DNA of 27,808 nucleotides from Minisyncoccota bacterium (GTDB taxonomy: Bacteria > Patescibacteriota > Minisyncoccia > Moranbacterales > GCA-2747515): contig CALHMM010000017.1 of the NCBI GenBank assembly GCA_938034715.1, forward strand, positions 1 to 27,808. Direction: 5' to 3'. Each line of letters opens with the position of its first letter. Position 1 is the stretch's first letter. The translations under genes were made by a program, and so were the position numbers. This document shows positions 8,520 through 17,100 of the stretch, piece after piece. The notes beneath the pieces were generated by a model. The model did no database searches and was not told the origin of the DNA. It was given only the letters and a program-made list of their open reading frames with translations.

Positions 8520-9908
8520 ATGAATATATTTACTTACACACTTGAAAATTCAAAACGACTCATACTACATACAGCAATCGCTCTGACATTAACATCAGGA
8601 CTGAGCTATATCGCCGGTTTTATGCGAGACAGAGTTCTTGCACAAAAATTTGGCGCAAGTACGGAGTTAGATACCTATCTAGCGGCTTTTATAGTACCTG
8701 ATTTTATACTTGCAGTAATCGTTACTAGTGCTATCGGATCAGCATTCATCCCTCTATTTACACAAAATTGGAGTAAAGACGAAAAACGAAACATCCAAAA
8801 ATCAAATGCTGATCCATCAGTTACAGCCTCCCAGTATGCATACAGCATCCTCTTTTTCCTCCTCATGATCACTGCTTTTCTTGTAATTATAGCCATGCTA
8901 CTTGCTCCACAAATTGCAAATTTTCTAGTAGGCTCTTATACACCAAAAGAAAAAGAAACATATATCACACTAATGCAGATCATGCTTTTCTCACCCCTGA
9001 TCTTTACAGTAAGTAATATCTTTGGAGGGGTGCTACTCTCGACGAGGGATTATTTCTTCTACGGAATAGCGCCTGTCTTTTATAACTTTGGCATCATTGG
9101 TGGAGTCTATTTTCTCGAACCAATGTGGGGCATTCATGGGGTTGCATTAGGAACAATCGTCGGTGCACTTCTGCACATGCTTTCACGGGCTGTGATTAGT
9201 GTAGGTAGAATTGGTTTTACTTCAGGTATTTCACGTATACAAATTTGGGGAAATCCACAAATCAAAGAGACTGTGATGCTCGTCGCTCCAAAGATATTTC
9301 ACATCATTGCTTGGCAGGTTTTACTGTTATGGTTCGTGCGACTTGCTATAGAAATCCAAGAGGGTGGCGTAACTATATATAGTTACGCGAGAAATTTCCA
9401 GAGCATGCCAGTATCTTTGATAGGAATTGCGATTGCGTTAAGTGCATTTACATCACTATCCTTCGCTGCTGCTAGCAAAGACTTCGTAACATTCAAAAAA
9501 ACACTCTATCAAAAGATGGTCCTGGTCACAATCCTAACACTCCTAGCTGCTTTATCTCTAAACGCACTTGCCCCAAAGCTCGTTTCATTACTTTTAGAAG
9601 GTGGAAAATTCTCGGAGGGAGCTGTAGAGCAAACTGTTTTTCTTTTGCAGGTATATGTGTGGAGTATCCCACTAGAGAGTCTCCTGCATCTTCTCGCGAG
9701 AGCAAACTACGCACTCAAGAAAATACTCATCCCATCAATTATAAACGTCTCTTGTATCGCTTTGATAATAATAACTTCCAGTTTCCTCGCACCTTCTCAA
9801 GGGCTCAGCGCTATACCATATGCATTTCTCGGTGGTTTGATATTGCAAAATATCTTACTCTACACATCGCTGAAGTATTATATAAATAACGCATCCCAAC
9901 AGTCATAA
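8520..9908 (+). CDS. murJ: Lipid II flippase MurJ/MviN family, short variant with about 12 TMs
   Basis: GFMRDRVLAQKFGA..ELDTY.AAF.VPD, SAFIPLF, APVFYNFGII, EGGKFS, ARANYA; position after mrdA. Confidence 0.85.
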   Translation: MNIFTYTLENSKRLILHTAIALTLTSGLSYIAGFMRDRVLAQKFGASTELDTYLAAFIVPDFILAVIVTSAIGSAFIPLFTQNWSKDEKRNIQKSNADPSVTASQYAYSILFFLLMITAFLVIIAMLLAPQIANFLVGSYTPKEKETYITLMQIMLFSPLIFTVSNIFGGVLLSTRDYFFYGIAPVFYNFGIIGGVYFLEPMWGIHGVALGTIVGALLHMLSRAVISVGRIGFTSGISRIQIWGNPQIKETVMLVAPKIFHIIAWQVLLLWFVRLAIEIQEGGVTIYSYARNFQSMPVSLIGIAIALSAFTSLSFAAASKDFVTFKKTLYQKMVLVTILTLLAALSLNALAPKLVSLLLEGGKFSEGAVEQTVFLLQVYVWSIPLESLLHLLARANYALKKILIPSIINVSCIALIIITSSFLAPSQGLSAIPYAFLGGLILQNILLYTSLKYYINNASQQS

Positions 9909-9966
9909 GCGTGTTACAAATACAACAAAAACTTCACAAAACCTCGATAGACGAAGTAAACGTCTC

Positions 9967-9995
9967 TAGACGAGCAATCCTTATTTTGATAGAAT
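9967..9995 (+). promoter_or_regulatory. Putative secA promoter
   Basis: TAGACG (9967-9972), 17-nt spacer, TAGAAT (9990-9995) preceded by TGa. Confidence 0.5.
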
Positions 9996-10070
9996 AGTTT
10001 AACTAATGATTGGGTACAAATAATAGACAAAAAACGTACGCGCATAAATTTCAGATAAATATATACCAAA

Positions 10071-12725
10071 ATGGGACTACTATCAAAATTTTTTGGATCC
10101 AATGAGAAGGAGATTCGTAAATCACAACCACTCATTGATGCCGTCAACGCACTCGAGGAAGACATGAAGAAGCTTCCTGATGAAAATTTTGCTACTAAAA
10201 CGAGAGAATTTAAAGACCGCATAGCAGCCGGAGAAAGTCTCGATGATATCCTTCCAGAAGCCTTTGCTCTTGTACGCGAGGCAGCGCATCGGGTCATTGG
10301 AGAACGTCACTATGATACACAAATTCTCGGCGGGATAGTCTTACATAGCGGAAAAATTGCAGAAATGAAGACGGGTGAAGGAAAAACTTTAACCTCTACG
10401 CTACCAGTATATCTCAATGCACTTGAAGGAAAAGGTGTTCACATCGTCACGGTAAATGACTATCTCGCAACACGTGACTGCAATTGGATGGGGAGCGTCT
10501 ATACAAAACTTGGTATCACAACTGCCTGCATTACGCATGAGGGTGGGTTTTTATATGAGCTCAACACGCTAGATACAAATGAAGTAAGTATTGAAAACGA
10601 AAATCTCAAAAGCATATCAAAAAAAGAGGCTTACGAAGCAGACGTAACTTATGGGACAAACAACGAATTTGGGTTTGATTACCTTCGTGACAACATGGCC
10701 ACAAACCTAGAGAGAGTAGTTCAGAGAAAACCACATTTCGCTATCGTGGATGAAGTTGACTCAATTCTTATTGATGAAGCCCGTACACCACTCATCATTA
10801 GTGCGCCAGACGATGAATCAACGCTTCTATACAGCCAATTCGCAAGCATTGTTCCACAACTCAAGCCAGATGATGACTATAGCATTGATGAAAAGGAAAA
10901 AGCTGTTTCTATTACTGACAATGGTATCTCCAAGGTAGAAAAAGCTCTCGGCATAGGGAATATCTACGAGGATGGGAAATGGCACTATGTACATCACCTC
11001 GAACAATCACTCAAAGCACAAGTTATCTTTGAACGAGACAAGGATTATATGGTGCGAAAAGGTGAGGTTATAATTGTTGATGAGTTTACTGGTCGCGCAA
11101 TGGAAGGTCGTCGCTATAGCGATGGCTTGCATCAAGCCATTGAAGCTAAGGAAAAAGTCACAGTACAAAGGGAATCCAAAACATTGGCTACAATTACCTT
11201 CCAAAACTACTTCCGCATGTACGAAAAAATTGCTGGCATGACAGGTACTGCTACAACAAGTGCGGAGGAACTACAAAAAGTATACGAACTCGAAGTAGTA
11301 GAAATTACAACAAACAAACAGATTCAGAGAAAGGACTTACCTGATATAATTTACAAAACAGAAGTAGGTAAATTCGCTGCTATCGCAAAAAAAATAAAGG
11401 AGCTACATGAGAAAGGACAGCCAGTTCTAGTAGGTACTGTAGCCATCGAAAAATCGGAAGCCTTATCAGTTGCTCTAGAGAAAGCACATGTACCACACAG
11501 CGTACTAAACGCAAAGTTTCATGAAAAAGAGGCGGAAATAATTGCTAATGCTGGGAAGAAGTCCTCAGTTACAATTGCTACAAACATGGCTGGCCGCGGT
11601 ACAGATATTAAACTTGGCGAAGGCGTAGTTGAACTTGGTGGTCTATACATCATCGGGACAGAGCGTCATGATGCCAGACGTATTGATAATCAACTACGTG
11701 GGCGAAGTGGTCGCCAAGGTGACCCAGGGACAACACAATTTTATATCTCACTCGATGACGAGTTAATGCGACGATTTGGTGGAGATAAACTCAAAGGAAT
11801 CATGGAAAAACTTGGGCTACCTGAGGATCAGCCAATTCAAAATTCTATTATTTCAAAGCAAATTGAGAATGCTCAGAGCAAAATCGAAGGATTTAACTTT
11901 GATCTCAGAAAACACGTACTACAGTATGATGATGTAATCAACAAGCAGCGAGAAGTCATCTACGCGAGAAGACGAAATATTCTGAAAAACGAGAATGTCA
12001 AGAATGAGTATCTAGATATGATTCGAGATGAAGTCGAGTCTGTTGTAAGCTTTCATGCTGTAGAGGGACAACATAAATGGGACATGCAGAAAATCTACGA
12101 TGATATAACAATTCTTTACCCGCTGCCAGACAATGCAAAAAGTAAATTAGAAGGCATCATCGGAGATCCAAAGTTCGATGAAAAAGAATCGATCGGAGCA
12201 ATGATCGAGTATCTTGTTGGTGAGGCAAAGCGAGAATACGGGGCGAAAGAAGTAGAAATCCCAACTGAGACCATGCGTCTAGTTGAAAGGCAAATTCTTC
12301 TGCAAACCATAGACAGACAATGGATGAATCACATCGACACCATCGATCATCTTCGTCAGGGTATCGGTCTCCGCGGGTACGGACAAAGAGATCCACTCAT
12401 TGAGTTCAAAAGAGAGTCATTTGATCTATTTTCAGGGTTAGTGGGCACCATCCGACATGACACGCTTCGCAGTATCTTCCATGTCGCACCCATTGAAAAA
12501 GAACAAGTTTCCCCAGAAATTGCTACCCCACTAAAACAAAGCGATCTAACATTTTCAGGCGCTGACAACATCGCAGGAAGCGGACCTATTCCTGCACAAG
12601 TAGCCCAGCAAGGGACGCCGCAATCTACTGCACCAGCAACAAGTGAAAAATCCATAGGCCGTAATGAGCCATGCAGTTGCGGATCAGGGAAAAAATACAA
12701 GAAATGTCATGGGAAAGTCGCATAA
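10071..12725 (+). CDS. secA: Preprotein translocase ATPase SecA
   Basis: EMKTGEGKT, YGTNNEFGFDYLRDNM, VDEVDSILIDEARTPLIIS, ATNMAGRGTDIKL, RGRSGRQGDPG, C-terminal SEC-C motif GRNEPCSCGSGKKYKKCHG. Confidence 0.99.
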   Translation: MGLLSKFFGSNEKEIRKSQPLIDAVNALEEDMKKLPDENFATKTREFKDRIAAGESLDDILPEAFALVREAAHRVIGERHYDTQILGGIVLHSGKIAEMKTGEGKTLTSTLPVYLNALEGKGVHIVTVNDYLATRDCNWMGSVYTKLGITTACITHEGGFLYELNTLDTNEVSIENENLKSISKKEAYEADVTYGTNNEFGFDYLRDNMATNLERVVQRKPHFAIVDEVDSILIDEARTPLIISAPDDESTLLYSQFASIVPQLKPDDDYSIDEKEKAVSITDNGISKVEKALGIGNIYEDGKWHYVHHLEQSLKAQVIFERDKDYMVRKGEVIIVDEFTGRAMEGRRYSDGLHQAIEAKEKVTVQRESKTLATITFQNYFRMYEKIAGMTGTATTSAEELQKVYELEVVEITTNKQIQRKDLPDIIYKTEVGKFAAIAKKIKELHEKGQPVLVGTVAIEKSEALSVALEKAHVPHSVLNAKFHEKEAEIIANAGKKSSVTIATNMAGRGTDIKLGEGVVELGGLYIIGTERHDARRIDNQLRGRSGRQGDPGTTQFYISLDDELMRRFGGDKLKGIMEKLGLPEDQPIQNSIISKQIENAQSKIEGFNFDLRKHVLQYDDVINKQREVIYARRRNILKNENVKNEYLDMIRDEVESVVSFHAVEGQHKWDMQKIYDDITILYPLPDNAKSKLEGIIGDPKFDEKESIGAMIEYLVGEAKREYGAKEVEIPTETMRLVERQILLQTIDRQWMNHIDTIDHLRQGIGLRGYGQRDPLIEFKRESFDLFSGLVGTIRHDTLRSIFHVAPIEKEQVSPEIATPLKQSDLTFSGADNIAGSGPIPAQVAQQGTPQSTAPATSEKSIGRNEPCSCGSGKKYKKCHGKVA

Positions 12726-12753
12726 CAAAAGTACAAAACGTAAATAAAAACTG

Positions 12754-13269
12754 ATGTCTTACGTGAGACAATTTCCACAAATTACAGCTCCATATTGTAT
12801 TGCACTTGAAAAATCAGTTGGTGCAATAATCTTTCGAGTTGTCCACAAAGATAACCAGCAACAATTACAATTCCTTCTCATGCGTTATCCCCATGGGCAT
12901 TGGGAATTTCCTCGTGGTCATGTGGAGCAAGGCGAAGATCATGAGCATATTACAATGTATAGAGAAATAGAAGAAGAAACAGGTATCTCCAAGAAAGATC
13001 TAAAAGTAGACGGTACATTCAGGGAGCACTTCTGCTTCTCATATAGAGCCCAAGGAGATGAAAAAAATGATCGTATAAAAAACAAGAAATGTCTGTTCAT
13101 ACGCAAAAAGGTTGTTTTCTATCTGGCCCAATCTACAAAAAAAGATATAGAACTTTCACATGAGCACAAAGAATTCACATGGCTACCAATCGAACAAGCG
13201 ATAAATAAACTTACATTTGCAAATGCGAGGAAAATCATCGCCAAAGCAAATAGCCACCTCAGAGAGTAA
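12754..13269 (+). CDS. Nudix hydrolase, Ap4A (asymmetric) hydrolase-like
   Basis: EKSVGAIIF, GHWEFPRGHVEQGE...REIEEETGI, LSHEH..F.WL. Confidence 0.85.
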   Translation: MSYVRQFPQITAPYCIALEKSVGAIIFRVVHKDNQQQLQFLLMRYPHGHWEFPRGHVEQGEDHEHITMYREIEEETGISKKDLKVDGTFREHFCFSYRAQGDEKNDRIKNKKCLFIRKKVVFYLAQSTKKDIELSHEHKEFTWLPIEQAINKLTFANARKIIAKANSHLRE

Positions 13270-13371
13270 CGCACGAAGTACACCAAAAACATCGACAAAA
13301 TCAACACCTAGTACGAATTGTCAAAAGAGGCTATAATACGCAGTATATTATTCACAATTTCGGAAATTTCT

Positions 13372-15108
13372 ATGAAAAATAAACATGTAGTGGGGAAGAT
13401 GCTTTTCCTCATCTTCTTGGTATGCACAGTCGGTGTTCTTGCTTCGGGTAAGATGCCACTTCCGATTACCAATATGCAAAACTGGCTAGACACCTTAAAG
13501 GTTAATCTAGGATTAGATCTACAAGGAGGGCTACATCTTGATTACGAAATTGATTTATCAGACATAGATCCCGCAGATCAAGACGACGCTCTAGCTGCTG
13601 TGCAAGCAGTAATTGAAAGACGTGTTAATGCCATTGGAGTAGGGGAACCAATTGTTCAAATTGCAAATCGAGGACTGGATAAATTTCTTATAGTCGAACT
13701 ACCTGGTGTCAGGAATATTGAGCAAGCGAAAGAGATTATCAAAGAAACGCCATTTCTAGAATTCCGGGAAGAAAGAACGCCAGAAGAAATCACTGCCTAT
13801 TTCGAACCACTAAACACAGAGTCTAAGCAAGGAGCTGATGATGCACTGGCGCGGATAAATAACGGAGAAGATTTTAGCCTCGTACAAAAGGAAGTAGATC
13901 CTTTGGCCATTCTACAAGAATCAGAGAGTGAAGAAAGTAGTGAAAGCCAAAACAAACAGATATTTGTTAAAAAGGGCGTACTCGCTGGAGCTCCAGCAGT
14001 TGAGGCTGTCTTATTTGATGAAGAAGTAGCTCCAAATACTGTATTCCCAGAAATAGTGGAGTCAGAAGTCGCATATCATATCGTCAGAAAAGGTGACATA
14101 AGAGGAGAAGGGGAGGAATTAGAGGTTGGTTATGAATTAATTACATTCATCAAACAAAATCAACGCACAAACCCAGCACAATTATACAAATCTACTGAAC
14201 TAACAGGGGAGTTCCTAGACAAAGCAGAAGTCACTTTTTCACAACAAGGAGCACAGAGACCAGAAGTCTCTATCTTCTTTAATGCCCAAGGTGCAGAGAT
14301 GTTCAAAGATCTCACCGGAAGGTCTATCGGTAAAACGATCGCCATTGCTGTCGATGACCAAATTGTAAGCGCACCTTCAGTCGGAGTTGAATTAGCAGGT
14401 GGACAAGCACAGATCACTGGAAACTTCACAATCGAAGAAGCAACCAATCTCGCAGGCAGACTAAACGAAGGTGCCTTACCAGTACCAATTTCACTAGCGT
14501 CTCAGCAAAGCGTAGAGGCATCACTTGGTGCTCAAGCACTCAACACAAGTCTCAAAGCTGGACTGATCGGACTCGCATTTGTAATGATATACATGATACT
14601 CTTCTACCGTTTCTTTGGATTTATCGCTGCTCTTGCAATTGGATTTTATGCACTTACGCTAATCGCAATCTTCAAGCTCTCCAGCACACTCCCAGCAGGA
14701 CTCTCAATTACCCTGACACTCTCAGGTATAGCAGGTCTGATACTATCCATTGGAATGGCAGTTGACGCAAACATTCTCATATACGAACGGATACACGAGG
14801 AACTGAAGCGTGGCAGGCGATTGCATCACGCCATAGAAGAAGGTTTTTCCCGAGCATGGACAGCCATCAGAGACGGTAATATTTCAACTATTCTCACTTG
14901 TCTCATTCTGACAATCATAGGAACAGGGTTTGTAAAAGGCTTCGCCTTAATTCTGATTATTGGTGTTCTACTTTCGATGGTTACAGCTGTAGTCCTTGTA
15001 AAAATAGTAATCCGAGCTAGTGCTGGTAGTTGGCTTTCCAGTAGGCCATGGCTCATAGCTAGAGGGATTAAGTCAATCGACATTACGCCAGACGATAAAA
15101 AACTGTAA
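13372..15108 (+). CDS. secD: Protein translocase subunit SecD with a large insertion in P1
   Basis: LGLDLQGG, IERRVNAIGVGEP, IVELPG, LNEGALP, ILSIGMAVDANILIYERIHEE. ATG 13372 preferred because TATAAT at 13332-13337 lies inside the longer TTG-start frame. Confidence 0.97.
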   Translation: MKNKHVVGKMLFLIFLVCTVGVLASGKMPLPITNMQNWLDTLKVNLGLDLQGGLHLDYEIDLSDIDPADQDDALAAVQAVIERRVNAIGVGEPIVQIANRGLDKFLIVELPGVRNIEQAKEIIKETPFLEFREERTPEEITAYFEPLNTESKQGADDALARINNGEDFSLVQKEVDPLAILQESESEESSESQNKQIFVKKGVLAGAPAVEAVLFDEEVAPNTVFPEIVESEVAYHIVRKGDIRGEGEELEVGYELITFIKQNQRTNPAQLYKSTELTGEFLDKAEVTFSQQGAQRPEVSIFFNAQGAEMFKDLTGRSIGKTIAIAVDDQIVSAPSVGVELAGGQAQITGNFTIEEATNLAGRLNEGALPVPISLASQQSVEASLGAQALNTSLKAGLIGLAFVMIYMILFYRFFGFIAALAIGFYALTLIAIFKLSSTLPAGLSITLTLSGIAGLILSIGMAVDANILIYERIHEELKRGRRLHHAIEEGFSRAWTAIRDGNISTILTCLILTIIGTGFVKGFALILIIGVLLSMVTAVVLVKIVIRASAGSWLSSRPWLIARGIKSIDITPDDKKL

Positions 15109-15131
15109 CTTTAATCTACATTTTCAAAACT

Positions 15132-16049
15132 ATGTACGATATTATTGGAAAAAGGAAGTATACCTATTTATTCTCAGCACTCCTGATGCTAATAAGCATT
15201 GGATCACTTGCCATTTTTGGCCTAAAATTAGGCATAGACTTTGTCGGAGGGACACTACTAGAAGTGCAATCATCCAACGCAAAAGATTTGTCTAGACAAG
15301 CTCTCTGCCAAAAAATTTCACCAAAGATCTGCACAGAAAGTTTCATCGTTCAAGAATCTGAAGACAATAAGGTCATCATCAGGTACAAACAATCCAATGA
15401 ATCAGAAAACCAGGAGGTGCTAGCAGCCATTAGATTGGCAGACCCTGAAATGGAGATTCTGCGAACTGATTTTATCGGAGCTAGAGTTTCTGAGCAATTA
15501 AAGTCCAACACAATCACAGCAATTCTTCTGTCAATTGCAGTAATACTGATATACATAGCATTTGCCTTTAGAAGAATCTCGTTTCCTGTTTCATCATGGA
15601 GTTATGGATTTAGCGCAATCGTTGCATTGGTACACGATGTCCTCATTGTTCTTGGATTCTTTGCAGTTTTCGGACATTTCTTTGATGTAGAGATCGGCAT
15701 TCCATTTATTGCAGCACTCCTTACAATATTAGGTTACTCAATTAACGACACAATCGTCGTATACGATCGCGTACGAGAAAATATTCTTCGAACAAAGAAT
15801 CTTTCCAAGTTCCCACAATTACTCAACCAGTCACTCAATGAAACTTTAGCAAGATCCATGAATACATCCTTGACTGTAGTGGTCGTCCTCGTTGCAATGA
15901 TTATCTGGGGCTCGCCATCACTACTGTGGTTCTCTGTGGCATTACTCATCGGCGTCCTCGCAGGAACGTATTCGTCAATCTTTGTTGCGACAGCTCTTGT
16001 TGTGACTATATACAACTACAAAAAGCGTAAGGGACTATTAAGAGAGTAG
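15132..16049 (+). CDS. secF: Protein translocase subunit SecF
   Basis: LGIDFVGGT, ALVHDV, LTILGYSINDTIVVYDRVRE, ETLARSMNTS, GTYSSIFVA. Confidence 0.97.
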   Translation: MYDIIGKRKYTYLFSALLMLISIGSLAIFGLKLGIDFVGGTLLEVQSSNAKDLSRQALCQKISPKICTESFIVQESEDNKVIIRYKQSNESENQEVLAAIRLADPEMEILRTDFIGARVSEQLKSNTITAILLSIAVILIYIAFAFRRISFPVSSWSYGFSAIVALVHDVLIVLGFFAVFGHFFDVEIGIPFIAALLTILGYSINDTIVVYDRVRENILRTKNLSKFPQLLNQSLNETLARSMNTSLTVVVVLVAMIIWGSPSLLWFSVALLIGVLAGTYSSIFVATALVVTIYNYKKRKGLLRE

Positions 16050-16085
16050 GAGTGAAGCGCAGTACTAATTTTATCAAATACGCAC

Positions 16086-16466
16086 ATGTTTAACATATTC
16101 AACAAGAAAAAGAAGGATGAAATCCAAATTGAAAAAAAGGAAAAAGTGGACGAGCAAATAAAATCAGCAGAATCCATGATGGGTGGGCAACTACCCGAAA
16201 TTACAGATGAAATGATCGATCAAATGCTAGAAGGAAATCTGCCAGGAATGCCCAAACTAGGGCCTATGCAAAAAATGGCAGTTAAGGGCATAAAAAAAAT
16301 GAGTCCAGACAAGAGGAGAGAGGTGTTCGCTCAGGCAATGGGGAAAATGCAAGAAGATGGTGGAGAGTCAAAAGAGGAAATGCTCAAACAGATTGAACAA
16401 ATGCGAGAGGCAGGACAGCTAAACTCAAAGCAGTACAAGATCGCTAAGAAGAGGCTGGGGTTATAG
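16086..16466 (+). CDS. Met-rich small helical protein with a C-terminal SHOCT-like segment
   Basis: 13 Met in 126 aa by hand count; no Trp, Cys or His; ends LKQIEQMREAGQLNSKQYKIAKKRL; 36 nt after secF. Confidence 0.75.
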   Translation: MFNIFNKKKKDEIQIEKKEKVDEQIKSAESMMGGQLPEITDEMIDQMLEGNLPGMPKLGPMQKMAVKGIKKMSPDKRREVFAQAMGKMQEDGGESKEEMLKQIEQMREAGQLNSKQYKIAKKRLGL

Positions 16467-16540
16467 GACACTGATAATTAACTCTACAAACAACCCACTA
16501 TACAAATTTTGAATAGTTCATTAGGGTATAGCAACATATC

Positions 16541-16569
16541 TTGCAAAAAGAGATGATGTATGATACTGT
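16541..16569 (+). promoter_or_regulatory. Putative promoter of the lipoprotein gene
   Basis: TTGCAA (16541-16546), 17-nt spacer, TACTGT (16564-16569) with TG at the extended position. Confidence 0.45.
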
Positions 16570-16596
16570 CGAATGTAACCTATTTAAGAAAACATT

Positions 16597-16998
16597 ATGA
16601 AATACCTTTTTATATGCGCAAGTATATTTGTGCTAGCAGGATGCGGCTCCCTCACTAAAAGTGGTGTTGAATCAGACGTTGAAATCGATGCTCCATCAGA
16701 GATCGCAGCACAGAGTGATGAGCTGTCACAACGACAAAATGACGAATTATTCGCACCAGTTGAAGATAATCGGATTAACCTTGAATCTGGCACCACAACT
16801 GAAACTGTTCTAAATATTGAACCTGAGCAGCAAGATAACACTGAATCAGAAAACCCTACCGATCAAATACAAGAGCGCGAAACATCCCAAGTCGATATTA
16901 CACCAAAAGTTGTAGATTCTATCACCAAAAAAGTATCTCCAGTCACAGGACCAGCAATTCCAGAGCAAGAAATGTTGGAGATTCTCAGTAACCAATAG
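16597..16998 (+). CDS. Putative lipoprotein, acidic and probably disordered
   Basis: MKYLFICASIFVLAG-C: basic N-terminus, hydrophobic core and lipobox LAGC (Cys16); mature part rich in E/D/Q/T/P. Confidence 0.7.
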   Translation: MKYLFICASIFVLAGCGSLTKSGVESDVEIDAPSEIAAQSDELSQRQNDELFAPVEDNRINLESGTTTETVLNIEPEQQDNTESENPTDQIQERETSQVDITPKVVDSITKKVSPVTGPAIPEQEMLEILSNQ

Positions 16999-17015
16999 AG
17001 TTATATTCATGCAAA

Positions 17016-17049
17016 ACTATAAAGGCACCTCTAGAGGTGCTTTTGTAGT
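17016..17049 (+). terminator. Terminator hairpin between the lipoprotein gene and tyrS
   Basis: ACTATAAAGGCACCT / CTAG / AGGTGCTTTTGTAGT; 15-bp stem with two G-U pairs. Confidence 0.75.
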
Positions 17050-17071
17050 AGTCTCAGAATTGCACAATCTA

Positions 17072-17100
17072 TTGATTTAAGAACCTCAAATTGTTATCAT
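17072..17100 (+). promoter_or_regulatory. Sigma70-type promoter of tyrS
   Basis: TTGATT (17072-17077), 17-nt spacer, TATCAT (17095-17100) with TGt extension. Confidence 0.65.

Noticed and set aside
9909-10070. Frameshifted continuation of murJ (TM13-14)
   Set aside because: The downstream frames are polar or quickly stopped, with no hydrophobic helices.
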